From positions 1-40,480 of IMG/VR virus record IMGVR_UViG_2718218098_000005: 40,480 bases of DNA. One strand, 5' to 3'. The translations under genes were made by a program, and so were the position numbers. Numbering within the stretch: the stretch's first letter is position 1; each line of letters starts with the position of its first letter. The DNA is from a virus (lineage: Duplodnaviria > Heunggongvirae > Uroviricota > Caudoviricetes). The notes below the pieces were generated by a model. The model saw only the letters and a program-made list of their open reading frames with translations. It was not told where the DNA came from and made no database searches. Below, one piece after another: positions 28,209 to 36,232 of this stretch.

Positions 28209-28873
28209 CAGTTCACCTCCTGCGGTGGCTCCGGTAGCGGCATCCAGTGAGTTGCCTGCTCAATACCATTACCCGGCTTAATCGTTGCTTCTCCTCGCCG
28301 GAATGTGCTTCCTGTATAGCGTGCGGAGCATATTAGCGGTTCAACCAGAGAGCTATCGAAATTCACCGAAATAAGCACGTTCTGGTTCTTTTCCGGCATT
28401 CGCTCACCACAGCTTATCCAACCAGCCGGAGTTCCCGGAGAGCTGGTTGACGTTTCCGAGATTTCCCGAAAATTGTTGGTTGACGAATTCTTATTTTCCC
28501 GAAAGTTTCCGGCCTGAAGCATGGCGACGCGGCAATCGTTCCATCCTTCAGCATAATCACTATACGCAAGAGGCCAACCTCTTATGTATTCACGCGGCAA
28601 CTTATCAGGCACTACCAGCGCTGGCGGCGCGGAGAATAGTGGTTTAGGTGATATTTCCGCACGTTTTGCGTATGCTTCAACTGTGTCAGGGTTAAACAGG
28701 ATTATGTTTTCACCGCATTCCCACGCCACCGGCTCTGCTTCCAGTGACGCCAGTGCGATACGAAACACATTGGCAAGCAGGCTGTCTGAAGATTGGTTAT
28801 CGTGCGCCGGGTCGCTCAGGAAACCAGTGATGAATGATTTAATTTCCGCGTTTTCTCTGGTAATAGTGGTCAT
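28208..28873 (-). CDS. Hypothetical protein (paralog B2) with C-terminal DUF551-like segment
   Basis: N-terminus MTTITRE and RIALASLEAEPVAW shared with 29081..29593; C-terminal ..ATHWMPLPEPP. Confidence 0.6.
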   Translation of the reverse strand: MTTITRENAEIKSFITGFLSDPAHDNQSSDSLLANVFRIALASLEAEPVAWECGENIILFNPDTVEAYAKRAEISPKPLFSAPPALVVPDKLPREYIRGWPLAYSDYAEGWNDCRVAMLQAGNFRENKNSSTNNFREISETSTSSPGTPAGWISCGERMPEKNQNVLISVNFDSSLVEPLICSARYTGSTFRRGEATIKPGNGIEQATHWMPLPEPPQEVN

Positions 28874-29079
28874 TTGTTAATCCTCAAAACTTTATGCCCG
28901 GGCGCAAAAGCACGTGTTTTGTCTTTGCTTATTCGCCAGCCATCCTTACGCGCCTCTTTTGCACAACCAGCCCATGACGTACCGATATACTCTCCGAAGT
29001 CTGGCACTGGATATACACCTTCCGTACACTTGCGGCAGTAACAATAGAGATGCATGGTGTAACTTGCAGCGATAGCCAT
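28870..29079 (-). CDS. Small Cys-rich protein (69 aa)
   Basis: HLYCYCRKC..C Cys cluster; AAAGGAG RBS box; ATGA overlap with next gene. Confidence 0.5.
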   Translation of the reverse strand: MAIAASYTMHLYCYCRKCTEGVYPVPDFGEYIGTSWAGCAKEARKDGWRISKDKTRAFAPGHKVLRINK

Positions 29080-29080
29080 A

Positions 29081-29593
29081 TCAGTCTCCTTTGATGTCAG
29101 CGTTTACAACCTGGCAGGCCTCTTTGAGCACCCAGTCAACAGCGTCTTTCCATGCTCCGGTTTCGACTGGCGGATTTTCACGCTTAACCTGTTCATAGAA
29201 GCGCACTGCTTTAATCAATCCTTCTGGTGTCAGTGGCACAGGCGGGGCAGTGAATAACGCCTGAATTTCATAGTTCGGCCTGTCGTTGCAATCCTCTTTT
29301 GTCGGTACATATTTCCAGTCACCAACCCACGGCTCCCCCTGTGAGTCCGTAATGCCTTTTTTCACGTAGCGATATCGCCATGCCATCGGTTCTGCTTCCA
29401 GCGATGCCAGAGCAATCCGCGCCAGTTCGCGCACAACTTCCGGCGGCGCGTAACGGTCATTCAGGTCATCCCACAGGAGTAGCATGTTATCGCTACCAGG
29501 GTGAACATCCTCGTTAGTTCCGGCAAGCGCACTAATAACCTCTTCGGCTGCTTCAATAATTTTCAGAGCTTGTTCTCTGGTAATAGTGGTCAT
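29081..29593 (-). CDS. Hypothetical protein (paralog B1)
   Basis: Start at ATG 29593 (MTTITREQ) with AAAGGAGAG upstream; shares N-terminal domain with 28208..28873. Confidence 0.6.
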   Translation of the reverse strand: MTTITREQALKIIEAAEEVISALAGTNEDVHPGSDNMLLLWDDLNDRYAPPEVVRELARIALASLEAEPMAWRYRYVKKGITDSQGEPWVGDWKYVPTKEDCNDRPNYEIQALFTAPPVPLTPEGLIKAVRFYEQVKRENPPVETGAWKDAVDWVLKEACQVVNADIKGD

Positions 29594-29594
29594 A

Positions 29595-30197
29595 TCACTC
29601 TCCTTTGATGCAAATGACAGCGGCGCGGGAATCATCCCATCGCTTTACTTCTTCACGAATTACGTCAATGCATTCTTTCGAATCCATTAGGTAATCTTCA
29701 TCAAAAAGACGTTCCTGTTCGTTTTCTATCGCAACAATGATTGCTTCAACTAACTTTTGTGCCTGAGAACCACTTTCTAACCCTGCTATGCGCTTACTTC
29801 CATCCGAGATAACACCTTCGTAATACTCACGCTGCTCGTTGAGTTTTGATTTTGTCTCCTCAAGCTCAGCAACCAGTTTTCGAAGCCCTTCAATCTCACC
29901 ATTACGAGCAATGAGGTCGCGGCACATGCTTTCGTTCTCATCCAGCAGTGCCAGTACGGTAGCCGGGTTAGCCTCTGCTATAAATGCTGCGTTTGCATGA
30001 GCCTGAGCATCTGTTTCAACCAGGCAGTTAACATGACATTCTGCAATCACGCCACCTGGTTCTCCTTTCCATTTTTGACAAACAAAAACTCCTGTTAAAT
30101 TACCGTGCTGGTTAACAGATGTATGCCCTACGATGTAGCCTCCTTTAGTTGCTTTCTCTGCCTTATCCCGCAGCATCTGATAGTTAATCCCGCTCAT
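29595..30197 (-). CDS. Hypothetical protein, possibly Ead/Ea22-like (200 aa, C-terminal coiled coil)
   Basis: ATGA overlap with upstream small ORF; family assignment tentative. Confidence 0.55.
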   Translation of the reverse strand: MSGINYQMLRDKAEKATKGGYIVGHTSVNQHGNLTGVFVCQKWKGEPGGVIAECHVNCLVETDAQAHANAAFIAEANPATVLALLDENESMCRDLIARNGEIEGLRKLVAELEETKSKLNEQREYYEGVISDGSKRIAGLESGSQAQKLVEAIIVAIENEQERLFDEDYLMDSKECIDVIREEVKRWDDSRAAVICIKGE

Positions 30198-30370
30198 TCA
30201 TCGCCCCACTCATCACAATATGCTTCGACCGGAGTTTTCCCTGCTTCATAATCATCACGCCATGCTTCAGCATCAGCAGCACTTCCACCGCGTAACTCTG
30301 CATAATCCATTAACAATTCATGCCATTCTTCAAAACTGACGTTATATTTAGTTGAACCAAAATCAGCCAT
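30194..30370 (-). CDS. Unannotated small acidic protein (58 aa)
   Basis: MADFGSTKYNVSFEEWHELLMDYAELRGGSAADAEAWRDDYEAGKTPVEAYCDEWGDE; RBS GAGGAAG; ATGA overlap with downstream gene. Confidence 0.5.
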   Translation of the reverse strand: MADFGSTKYNVSFEEWHELLMDYAELRGGSAADAEAWRDDYEAGKTPVEAYCDEWGDE

Positions 30371-30371
30371 T

Positions 30372-30545
30372 TTATTCTTCCTCTTCGCCTTTTATTTCGT
30401 GGTATGAGTAATTGCAGTAGTTAAAGAAAATTTCTTTTGCTTCGTCATGAATTTCATCAGGTGTTGCGTCATCGTCTACTTCGAATACATCCTCAAAATC
30501 TCCACCGGCTATTCCCGTCTCGATAATTATTTTAAATTTTCGCAT
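30372..30545 (-). CDS. Unannotated small acidic protein (57 aa)
   Basis: MRKFKIIIETGIAGGDFEDVFEVDDDATPDEIHDEAKEIFFNYCNYSYHEIKGEEEE; stop 1 nt before next ATG. Confidence 0.45.
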   Translation of the reverse strand: MRKFKIIIETGIAGGDFEDVFEVDDDATPDEIHDEAKEIFFNYCNYSYHEIKGEEEE

Positions 30546-30637
30546 TTCACTACCGTCCTGCCGGGCGGCCTCCTTATGTTCTGAGGGTGCAGAAATCCCT
30601 CCTGTTAAGGATTAATTTTTAGCAGTGCTAAATTTAA

Positions 30638-30994
30638 TTATTCAGTTCTGGATTTTGTCGCTCTGCGTATCCGCGCTTTCGCGTTACGCTCAATCTGAAT
30701 TAGCTTTTCTATATTTTTTCGCCTTTCCTGTTCCTCCTGGCGCAATAGCCTTACATCATCTGCCAGTCTGGTTTCTCTTTTCGCCACAGAGAGCATCCAG
30801 TCAAATGGCTCCACAACTGCACCGCAGATTTTACAGCGGACCTGACGCTCTTTTTCGTCAACCCGGACAGAAGCGTGATGGCAGTATGGTTTTTCCGATG
30901 GCTCATAAAGAAAATTAACCTGATTACGTGGGTCATCCTCTTTTACCGGAAATAAAACAATATTACTTAACTCATCTTCTGGTTTTATTTCCAT
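30638..30994 (-). CDS. Hypothetical zinc-ribbon + coiled-coil protein (paralog A1)
   Basis: Start ATG 30994 (MEIKPED) after AAAGGAGAGGAGC; C-x-H-H ... C-K-I-C-G; ERNAKARIR as in 27813..28208. Confidence 0.6.
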   Translation of the reverse strand: MEIKPEDELSNIVLFPVKEDDPRNQVNFLYEPSEKPYCHHASVRVDEKERQVRCKICGAVVEPFDWMLSVAKRETRLADDVRLLRQEEQERRKNIEKLIQIERNAKARIRRATKSRTE

Positions 30995-31051
30995 GCTCCT
31001 CTCCTTTGATGCGAATGCCAGCGGCAATTGAAGCCTGATAGCTAATTTCAC

Positions 31052-31480
31052 TCACAGCATCACCTCCTGAAAACTCCCCTGATAAAACGCCAGCACGCGC
31101 TGCATAACTTCGCTCTTCCGGCACTCGCTACAGATTATGTTCTGACGCCTGTCGTAGCGGCGTATCTCTCCGTCTGGTAACTTTCGAATCAGCGTCTGGT
31201 CAGTTGTTTTCTCCGGTGTCTTACGCCATTCGCGATACGTCTGCTCTGACGCAAAAACACCGTATTTACCGGACATGTATAAATCGCCACAAGCCAGCAC
31301 ATCCACAAGGCAGCGTCGGACCGAATGCCAGCCAGCCCCAGTCGCTCTCTCCAGCTGCGACATCGTCATGCGTTCATTTTTGCGCACCAGAACGATGATT
31401 CGAGTCTTCAGCTCCTCCCGTTGTTCGGGTGTGTATACTTTTGCCACAAGCCCTCCTGAAAAATCACCTTCACAATTCAT
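31052..31480 (-). CDS. Hypothetical protein (142 aa), possible winged-helix regulator
   Basis: ATGA overlap with P-like gene stop; internal HTH-like segment MSQLERATGAGWHSVRRCLVDV. Confidence 0.55.
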   Translation of the reverse strand: MNCEGDFSGGLVAKVYTPEQREELKTRIIVLVRKNERMTMSQLERATGAGWHSVRRCLVDVLACGDLYMSGKYGVFASEQTYREWRKTPEKTTDQTLIRKLPDGEIRRYDRRQNIICSECRKSEVMQRVLAFYQGSFQEVML

Positions 31481-32142
31481 ACAAAACCAGCCGCTTTCCG
31501 GCGTTCATACTCCTGTTTCAGCAACTCAATTGGTGTTGGCCCCGACGGGCGTTTTGGTGCTGCCAGTTGCCGCCGTACGGGCGGAACGCTGAGGCCGTTA
31601 CCAACATGCTTTGCCCATTTTGTAAGCTGCCGTTCCGCAAGTCGTTTTAACTCCCCCTCGGTCATCTGGCGCTCAATCCCCTTTGAACGCATCTCGAGGC
31701 AAATGTGATACAGCACAGGCTGAGACCACGGGTACTTATCACTTCCGTCATATCGCCAGGACTCATTGCGCCAGCGGCGGTACTCCTCCATCACAGCATC
31801 CACCGTCAGACCGAATGGATTGGCTCCGCTTTCCGAAATCAGTGCCACAAACTCAGCCAGGTCCGGAGGCCATGTTTCACCCGCCCGGCAGCGGTCCATG
31901 CACTGGCGGCAGACCTGTCGGATTTGCTGCTCAGTCATCGCGCCAATCTGTGCAATCCAGAGCTTCGAAGGTGCGGCCCCGTTCTTCTGGGTCCAGCGGT
32001 TCGAATAAACCTCCCCCATGAGTTCCCACAGCTTCCAGACCGTTTCCGTCGCTGATAAATCCGTTTTCACGTTCCCACTGCTCACGTGCTGCCCGAATTT
32101 CCTGAACTGCCCGTGATGCGGTGCCACCTGGTGCTGCTGCAT
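31477..32142 (-). CDS. Replication protein P-like (helicase loader)
   Basis: Central/C-terminal similarity to lambda P by recollection (..TEQQIRQ.., ..YPW..); ATG 32142 with AGGGGGT 5 nt upstream. Confidence 0.65.
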   Translation of the reverse strand: MQQHQVAPHHGQFRKFGQHVSSGNVKTDLSATETVWKLWELMGEVYSNRWTQKNGAAPSKLWIAQIGAMTEQQIRQVCRQCMDRCRAGETWPPDLAEFVALISESGANPFGLTVDAVMEEYRRWRNESWRYDGSDKYPWSQPVLYHICLEMRSKGIERQMTEGELKRLAERQLTKWAKHVGNGLSVPPVRRQLAAPKRPSGPTPIELLKQEYERRKAAGFV

Positions 32143-32971
32143 GGTTTACCCCCTTGCTGACTGGTTTAACCTGCGCCCTGACGTGATTTACGTGACGGGC
32201 GAATTTCTGCTCCCACTGAATCTGCGTAAACACTTTCCCCTCCGCTGCCCAGTAGTCCCGGAAGGCGGCAAGTTCAGCAGGTGTAAATTCTGTCTCCGGC
32301 AAAGCCATCCCCCACAACGCAGCCCGTCGTCGAAAATCCCGTGACGGATACCAGCTATCGGTCATCGGAAATTTTCCGATGGGTTCGCTCAGGCCATCCA
32401 GGAATACAAGGGGTGCTGCCTGTAACGATAAAACTTCCTGCTCACTGGTCGGAGCACTCTCGCGTGCGTTATGTGTGGGGTTTAGATCTTTGGGTTCCTT
32501 TGGGTTCCGTGATCCGTTTTTGGGTGTCTTTGATGGAAAATTTGGGTGTCTTTGGTTATTTTCCATGCAGCTAAGAGTTCCGTTTTTGGGTCTGTTTTTT
32601 GCTGAAACATAACCATTTTCGGTACTGTTTTTATTAACAGCACCAATTTTACCCACCTTTAAAGACTCCCGTTTTTGGGTGTATTCAGGCTCGGCAACAC
32701 TTTCTTCTACACCGATAAGTCGGTACACCACAATTTGCTTTGTTCTGCCTTTTCTCTCACCGGTATCAACAATTAACCCAATCTCCATCAGGTGTCGTAA
32801 GCTGTCCTGCACAGTCTTTTTGTTCAGTTCCGTTACTTCTGCCAGTGCAGATACAGACGGGTATGCACACAAATCGGCACCGCACATATCAGCAAGCCAG
32901 GTCAATACAGACTTACTGGATGAACTGCCGGTTTTCACCTTTTTAGCCCATCGTAGTGCATCGATACTCAT
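31931..32971 (-). CDS. Replication initiation protein (O-like, N-terminal HTH)
   Basis: Start ATG 32971 (MSIDALRWAKKV); N-terminal winged-helix region; 3' 211 nt overlap P-like gene out of frame. Confidence 0.6.
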   Translation of the reverse strand: MSIDALRWAKKVKTGSSSSKSVLTWLADMCGADLCAYPSVSALAEVTELNKKTVQDSLRHLMEIGLIVDTGERKGRTKQIVVYRLIGVEESVAEPEYTQKRESLKVGKIGAVNKNSTENGYVSAKNRPKNGTLSCMENNQRHPNFPSKTPKNGSRNPKEPKDLNPTHNARESAPTSEQEVLSLQAAPLVFLDGLSEPIGKFPMTDSWYPSRDFRRRAALWGMALPETEFTPAELAAFRDYWAAEGKVFTQIQWEQKFARHVNHVRAQVKPVSKGVNHAAAPGGTASRAVQEIRAAREQWERENGFISDGNGLEAVGTHGGGLFEPLDPEERGRTFEALDCTDWRDD

Positions 32972-33494
32972 ACGAACCCCTGGCAGACATTTGTTTATCT
33001 GCAAAGTAATATTGATATTGCTGACGATACGCATGCTTGAAAGCAATAGCTTTTTCTATAAGCTCGTCAGTCTCACGTTCCACAACAGATGGATCCGCAA
33101 AAAGCAGCCCGGACTCCACCACATCGCCATATTCTTTGTTTAACCCGGCGATCATGTACGTAATGCTTTTTCCGTCAGTAATTTCACAATACAATCTGAA
33201 ATCGCTGATCCGGATAGCCTCCATAATTGCCGGAATCAGCGCCGTGAATTTTTCCCGCTTATCCCTGGTGTCGATAGCTTTCCAGCGTTCGAATATCTTC
33301 ACCCTGTTAACGCCCAGCGCCCGTTGATCAACCTCGCCATCATTAAACGTGACGCGTTGAACATCGATGTTCGGGCGTTCTTTCAGAGCCCAGAATGCTT
33401 CCGTGATTAATATCGTCGCCTGCTCCTGTGTCATTCCTGGTCGGCATACCCAGGCATCCAGAGCCTCACAAACCTGTTCAGGGATGATTTTCAT
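32943..33494 (-). CDS. YdaT-like regulatory protein (cII-position analogue)
   Basis: 183 aa directly downstream of Cro-like dicC with 17-nt overlap; assignment by position. Confidence 0.45.
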   Translation of the reverse strand: MKIIPEQVCEALDAWVCRPGMTQEQATILITEAFWALKERPNIDVQRVTFNDGEVDQRALGVNRVKIFERWKAIDTRDKREKFTALIPAIMEAIRISDFRLYCEITDGKSITYMIAGLNKEYGDVVESGLLFADPSVVERETDELIEKAIAFKHAYRQQYQYYFADKQMSARGSYEYRCTTMG

Positions 33495-33705
33495 TGTTCA
33501 ACCGCCCCGCCCGCTTTGCCTTACGATATTCGTCATAAACTTTGGGGTCGTACTGAAGTTCCCCACCGGATGCCTCTTGCAGGCGCATCGCGCGACCTTC
33601 AGGAACCAGTTCCCCCCATTGAGAAACAGCAGATGGATCAACACCAGCAGCTTTCGCTACTTTGGCTTTCGTCCCATAAAAATTAATTACGTCTGATTTA
33701 AACAT
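33478..33705 (-). CDS. dicC: DicC/Cro-like small HTH regulator (75 aa)
   Basis: ATG 33705 with GGAGGGG upstream; ..LVPEGRAMRLQEASGGELQYDPKVY..; divergent from dicA. Confidence 0.75.
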   Translation of the reverse strand: MFKSDVINFYGTKAKVAKAAGVDPSAVSQWGELVPEGRAMRLQEASGGELQYDPKVYDEYRKAKRAGRLNNENHP

Positions 33706-33782
33706 CACCCCTCCAAAGTTGAGTTTTCTCAATAGTAATCACTCAAGGAATCTCAAGTCAAGGGTTATTAAGATATCTAAAT
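33706..33782. promoter_or_regulatory. Divergent dicC/dicA promoter-operator region
   Basis: 77-bp AT-rich intergenic with palindrome TTGAG-TTTT-CTCAA (33719..33732); dicA ATG has no obvious SD (possibly leaderless). Confidence 0.6.
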
Positions 33783-34190
33783 ATGAACGAGAAAACTTTA
33801 GGTCAACGAATTAGAGAAAGACGCAAACAGGTTGGTTTAAGTCAAAACGATTTAAGCAAAGCCGCTGGCGTATCTGGCTCATCAATTTCACTATGGGAAA
33901 GCGACCATACAGCCCCGCGCGGGCAAAATTTGCATCGCCTAGCTGAGGTATTGCAATGTTCACCAACTTGGATACTGTTTGGTGACGAGGATAAAACACC
34001 AGATCCACCAGTTGCACTCAACAGCGCCTTAGACTTATCGGAAGATGAGTTGGAGATGTTGCGATTGTATCGCGCACTTCCAAAATCAGAGCAGCAAGCA
34101 CAAATCAGCGAACTCCGTGCCCGCGTTGAGAATTTTAATCGCCTATTCACCGAGCTACTAGAAGCTCGCAAACGTAACAAACATCAGTAA
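33783..34190 (+). CDS. dicA: DicA-like HTH (XRE family) repressor, 135 aa
   Basis: N-terminal XRE HTH (LGQRIRERRKQVGLSQNDLSKAAGVS..); ..LQCSPTWILFGDEDK.. matches DicA by recollection. Confidence 0.85.
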   Translation: MNEKTLGQRIRERRKQVGLSQNDLSKAAGVSGSSISLWESDHTAPRGQNLHRLAEVLQCSPTWILFGDEDKTPDPPVALNSALDLSEDELEMLRLYRALPKSEQQAQISELRARVENFNRLFTELLEARKRNKHQ

Positions 34191-34251
34191 CCCCCTTCAC
34201 AAATTTTAAAGCCTTACATTTCAATGTATTGGCTTTATTTTGCATTAAATA

Positions 34252-34301
34252 TTGAGTTTTCTCATTAAAAACGCTTGACCAACATTCATGAGAAAACTAA
34301 A
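34252..34301 (+). promoter_or_regulatory. Second operator-like site overlapping a candidate rightward promoter downstream of dicA
   Basis: TTGAGTTTTCTCA (34252..34264) and inverted copy GAGAAAACT (34290..34298) flank TTGACC-17 nt-TAAATT. Confidence 0.4.
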
Positions 34302-34383
34302 TTACCACCCATCAAGACACCGCACGGTGTTCTCAGCAAACAGTTCCGCTACCCGGCGTTAAGGGGAAACAGAGGATTTCTCA

Positions 34384-34740
34384 GTGGGCGAACTCAAACA
34401 TCAGAATGGAAGGTATCCTGGGATCAGCAAAGAAACAGCAATGGCGCTTTATATTGATATCAGCGCCATTGCCGGACAGGTAAGAATGATCAGAGCGGTA
34501 ACTAAACGGTATGCGCCTTTACTTCAGAAAGTCTCTGGTGAGTGCGCCGAAGATATCGTCAACGATTTCGTCATCGAATTGCGAGGACTCATCTTCAGTT
34601 ACAAGGTGACCACAGTTTTTGCAGATGGCTCCCGCGAAACTGTCAGAGCCCTGCGGTTTAAAGGATGTGTCAAAGACTTCGCCACCACATTCTGGGCAAG
34701 AAAACTTGATTGTATTCATAACCAATTTCCTCTCGAGTAA
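34384..34740 (+). CDS. Alternative candidate ORF (118 aa, GTG start) on operon strand
   Basis: GAGGA 7 nt upstream of GTG 34384; co-directional with dicA operon; no domain recognised. Confidence 0.3.
   Translation: MGELKHQNGRYPGISKETAMALYIDISAIAGQVRMIRAVTKRYAPLLQKVSGECAEDIVNDFVIELRGLIFSYKVTTVFADGSRETVRALRFKGCVKDFATTFWARKLDCIHNQFPLE
34519..34719 (-). CDS. Candidate C4 zinc-ribbon protein (66 aa); mutually exclusive with plus-strand ORF 34384..34740
   Basis: CPECGG...CKNCG motifs; GAGAGGAAA 6 nt upstream of ATG 34719; antisense to dicA operon direction. Confidence 0.4.
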   Translation of the reverse strand: MNTIKFSCPECGGEVFDTSFKPQGSDSFAGAICKNCGHLVTEDESSQFDDEIVDDIFGALTRDFLK

Positions 34741-34811
34741 CAGACCTCTCAGAGGATACCACCTCGCCTGACGTGGTTAAAAGCAGGCAACGCTAACCAC
34801 GAGGAGCCGAC

Positions 34812-35030
34812 ATGCAGAAACGAGAACCCGTCATCATCGCGCCAGACTATACCGATGATGAACTTTATGAGTGGATGCGCCAGAAAATTAATGCAGCGCA
34901 GGATCTGAAATGGGCCAATGAAGCCAGGGCTAAGCAGGCTGAAAATCTGTCCGCTCTGGAGCAGGATATCACCAATCTGGAAAAAGCAGCGGCATTAAGC
35001 ATTGCCAGAATGATTACATACCCACGTTAA
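34812..35030 (+). CDS. YdfC-like small protein (72 aa)
   Basis: GAGGAG 5 nt upstream of ATG; size and position match ydfC of the dicA-dicF-dicB operon; sequence identity unverified. Confidence 0.6.
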   Translation: MQKREPVIIAPDYTDDELYEWMRQKINAAQDLKWANEARAKQAENLSALEQDITNLEKAAALSIARMITYPR

Positions 35031-35052
35031 TAGCTAACCAACGAGGCTAATA

Positions 35053-35460
35053 ATGGAATTTAAAGATTTACCAAAAGAAATCCAGACAATTGCTGCAACG
35101 GCTCTCGGTGATAGTCTGGTGAAAATTGACCCGGCATACACCAAAAAAGAAACCATCGATAATATGGTTCGTAATGTGCGCAATGCTTTTTCTGGGCTAT
35201 ATGGTCCTGATAATCAAAAGCAGGAAAGCGATGTTAATAAACGGGTAATTTCTGTTTGCGTGAATGGCCATGTTCTTTCATCAATCAAAACAGAAACAGC
35301 GACAGTCTTCGATTGCCTTTGCATTGTACAGAGCCTTGTTGATGCCCTGTTTCGTTCAGTGAATTTAGAAAATGATGCAAATCTGCGAGGGCGCACAATA
35401 GCACATCCATATGCACATACTTTAGGCTCTGTGGATATCAAAGATCCCACAAATCTTTAA
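35053..35460 (+). CDS. Hypothetical protein (135 aa)
   Basis: GAGG 6 nt upstream of ATG; no domain recognised. Confidence 0.6.
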   Translation: MEFKDLPKEIQTIAATALGDSLVKIDPAYTKKETIDNMVRNVRNAFSGLYGPDNQKQESDVNKRVISVCVNGHVLSSIKTETATVFDCLCIVQSLVDALFRSVNLENDANLRGRTIAHPYAHTLGSVDIKDPTNL

Positions 35461-35671
35461 TGAAATAGTTAACGCGAATTGTACTTGCTCTTTCAGTTGC
35501 TTTCAGAATACGCGTTGAAACTGCTGGCGGTAATTTGGTATTCCATTTATTAAAATCATGCCCGGGAAAGTACTCTTCGAAAATACTTTTAACTGCAGAC
35601 TCGCCTATTGAAATGCTGCTTACCATGCGATTTTGATAAAGGCATTTAGCAATAAGAGTTGATTTTAACAT
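35438..35671 (-). CDS. Hypothetical protein (77 aa), convergent with and overlapping 3' end of 35053..35460
   Basis: ATG 35671 with AGGAGGG upstream; 23-nt 3' overlap with plus-strand gene. Confidence 0.4.
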   Translation of the reverse strand: MLKSTLIAKCLYQNRMVSSISIGESAVKSIFEEYFPGHDFNKWNTKLPPAVSTRILKATERASTIRVNYFIKDLWDL

Positions 35672-36005
35672 TCACCCTCCTGAGGGTTGGTAATTAAGGA
35701 GTTCTCCACGGGTGAGGTGGAGTGCGTGCGCCGGACACGGGTGAACATCCGGCACAGACAGTTTACTGAAAGGATATTTCCCTGAAAAGTCAGACCATAA
35801 CGCGAAAGCGCACGGCGAGGTAGCTGGTTCATAGATAGCCTGTCGTTAAATTTTCGTCGACCGTGCGCTTCCGGTTGTGGCAATCCGCGAAATGGCGCGG
35901 CGGTAAGTATGGCGGGGTTATTCCTTCCCCCGTTGAGGACACCGGGTTGTCAGGTTGACCATACGCTTAAGTGACAACCCCGCTGCAACGCCCTCTGTTA
36001 TCAAT

Positions 36006-36062
36006 TTTCTGGTGACGTTTGGCGGTATCAGTTTTACTCCGTGACTGCTCTGCCGCCCTTTT
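36006..36062 (+). ncRNA. dicF: DicF small RNA (ftsZ-targeting sRNA)
   Basis: TTTCTGGTGACGTTTGGCGGTATCAGTTTTACTCCGTGACTGCTCTGCCGCCCTTTTT matches E. coli DicF by recollection incl. terminator hairpin; located just upstream of dicB. Confidence 0.85.
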
Positions 36063-36232
36063 TAAAGTGAATTTTGTGATGCGGTGAATGCGGCTAAGCG
36101 CACGCGGAACAGTTAAAACCAAAAACAGTGTTATGGGTGGATTCTCTGTATCCGGCGTTAATTGTTAACTGGTTAACGTCACCTGGAGGCACCAGGCACT
36201 GCATCACAAAATTCATTGTTGAGGACGCGATA

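Noticed and set aside
28853-29593. 21-nt identical direct repeats as possible CRISPR-like or att repeats
   Set aside because: Repeats are the coding 5' ends of paralogous genes B1/B2; only two copies, no spacer array
35665-35883. 72-aa minus-strand ORF
   Set aside because: Falls in hairpin-rich leader upstream of dicF; no RBS; Arg-rich low-complexity translation
36128-36232. N-terminal extension of dicB ORF and antisense ORF 36094..36369
   Set aside because: DicB starts at ATG 36233; upstream in-frame extension lacks RBS, and the antisense ORF overlaps dicB
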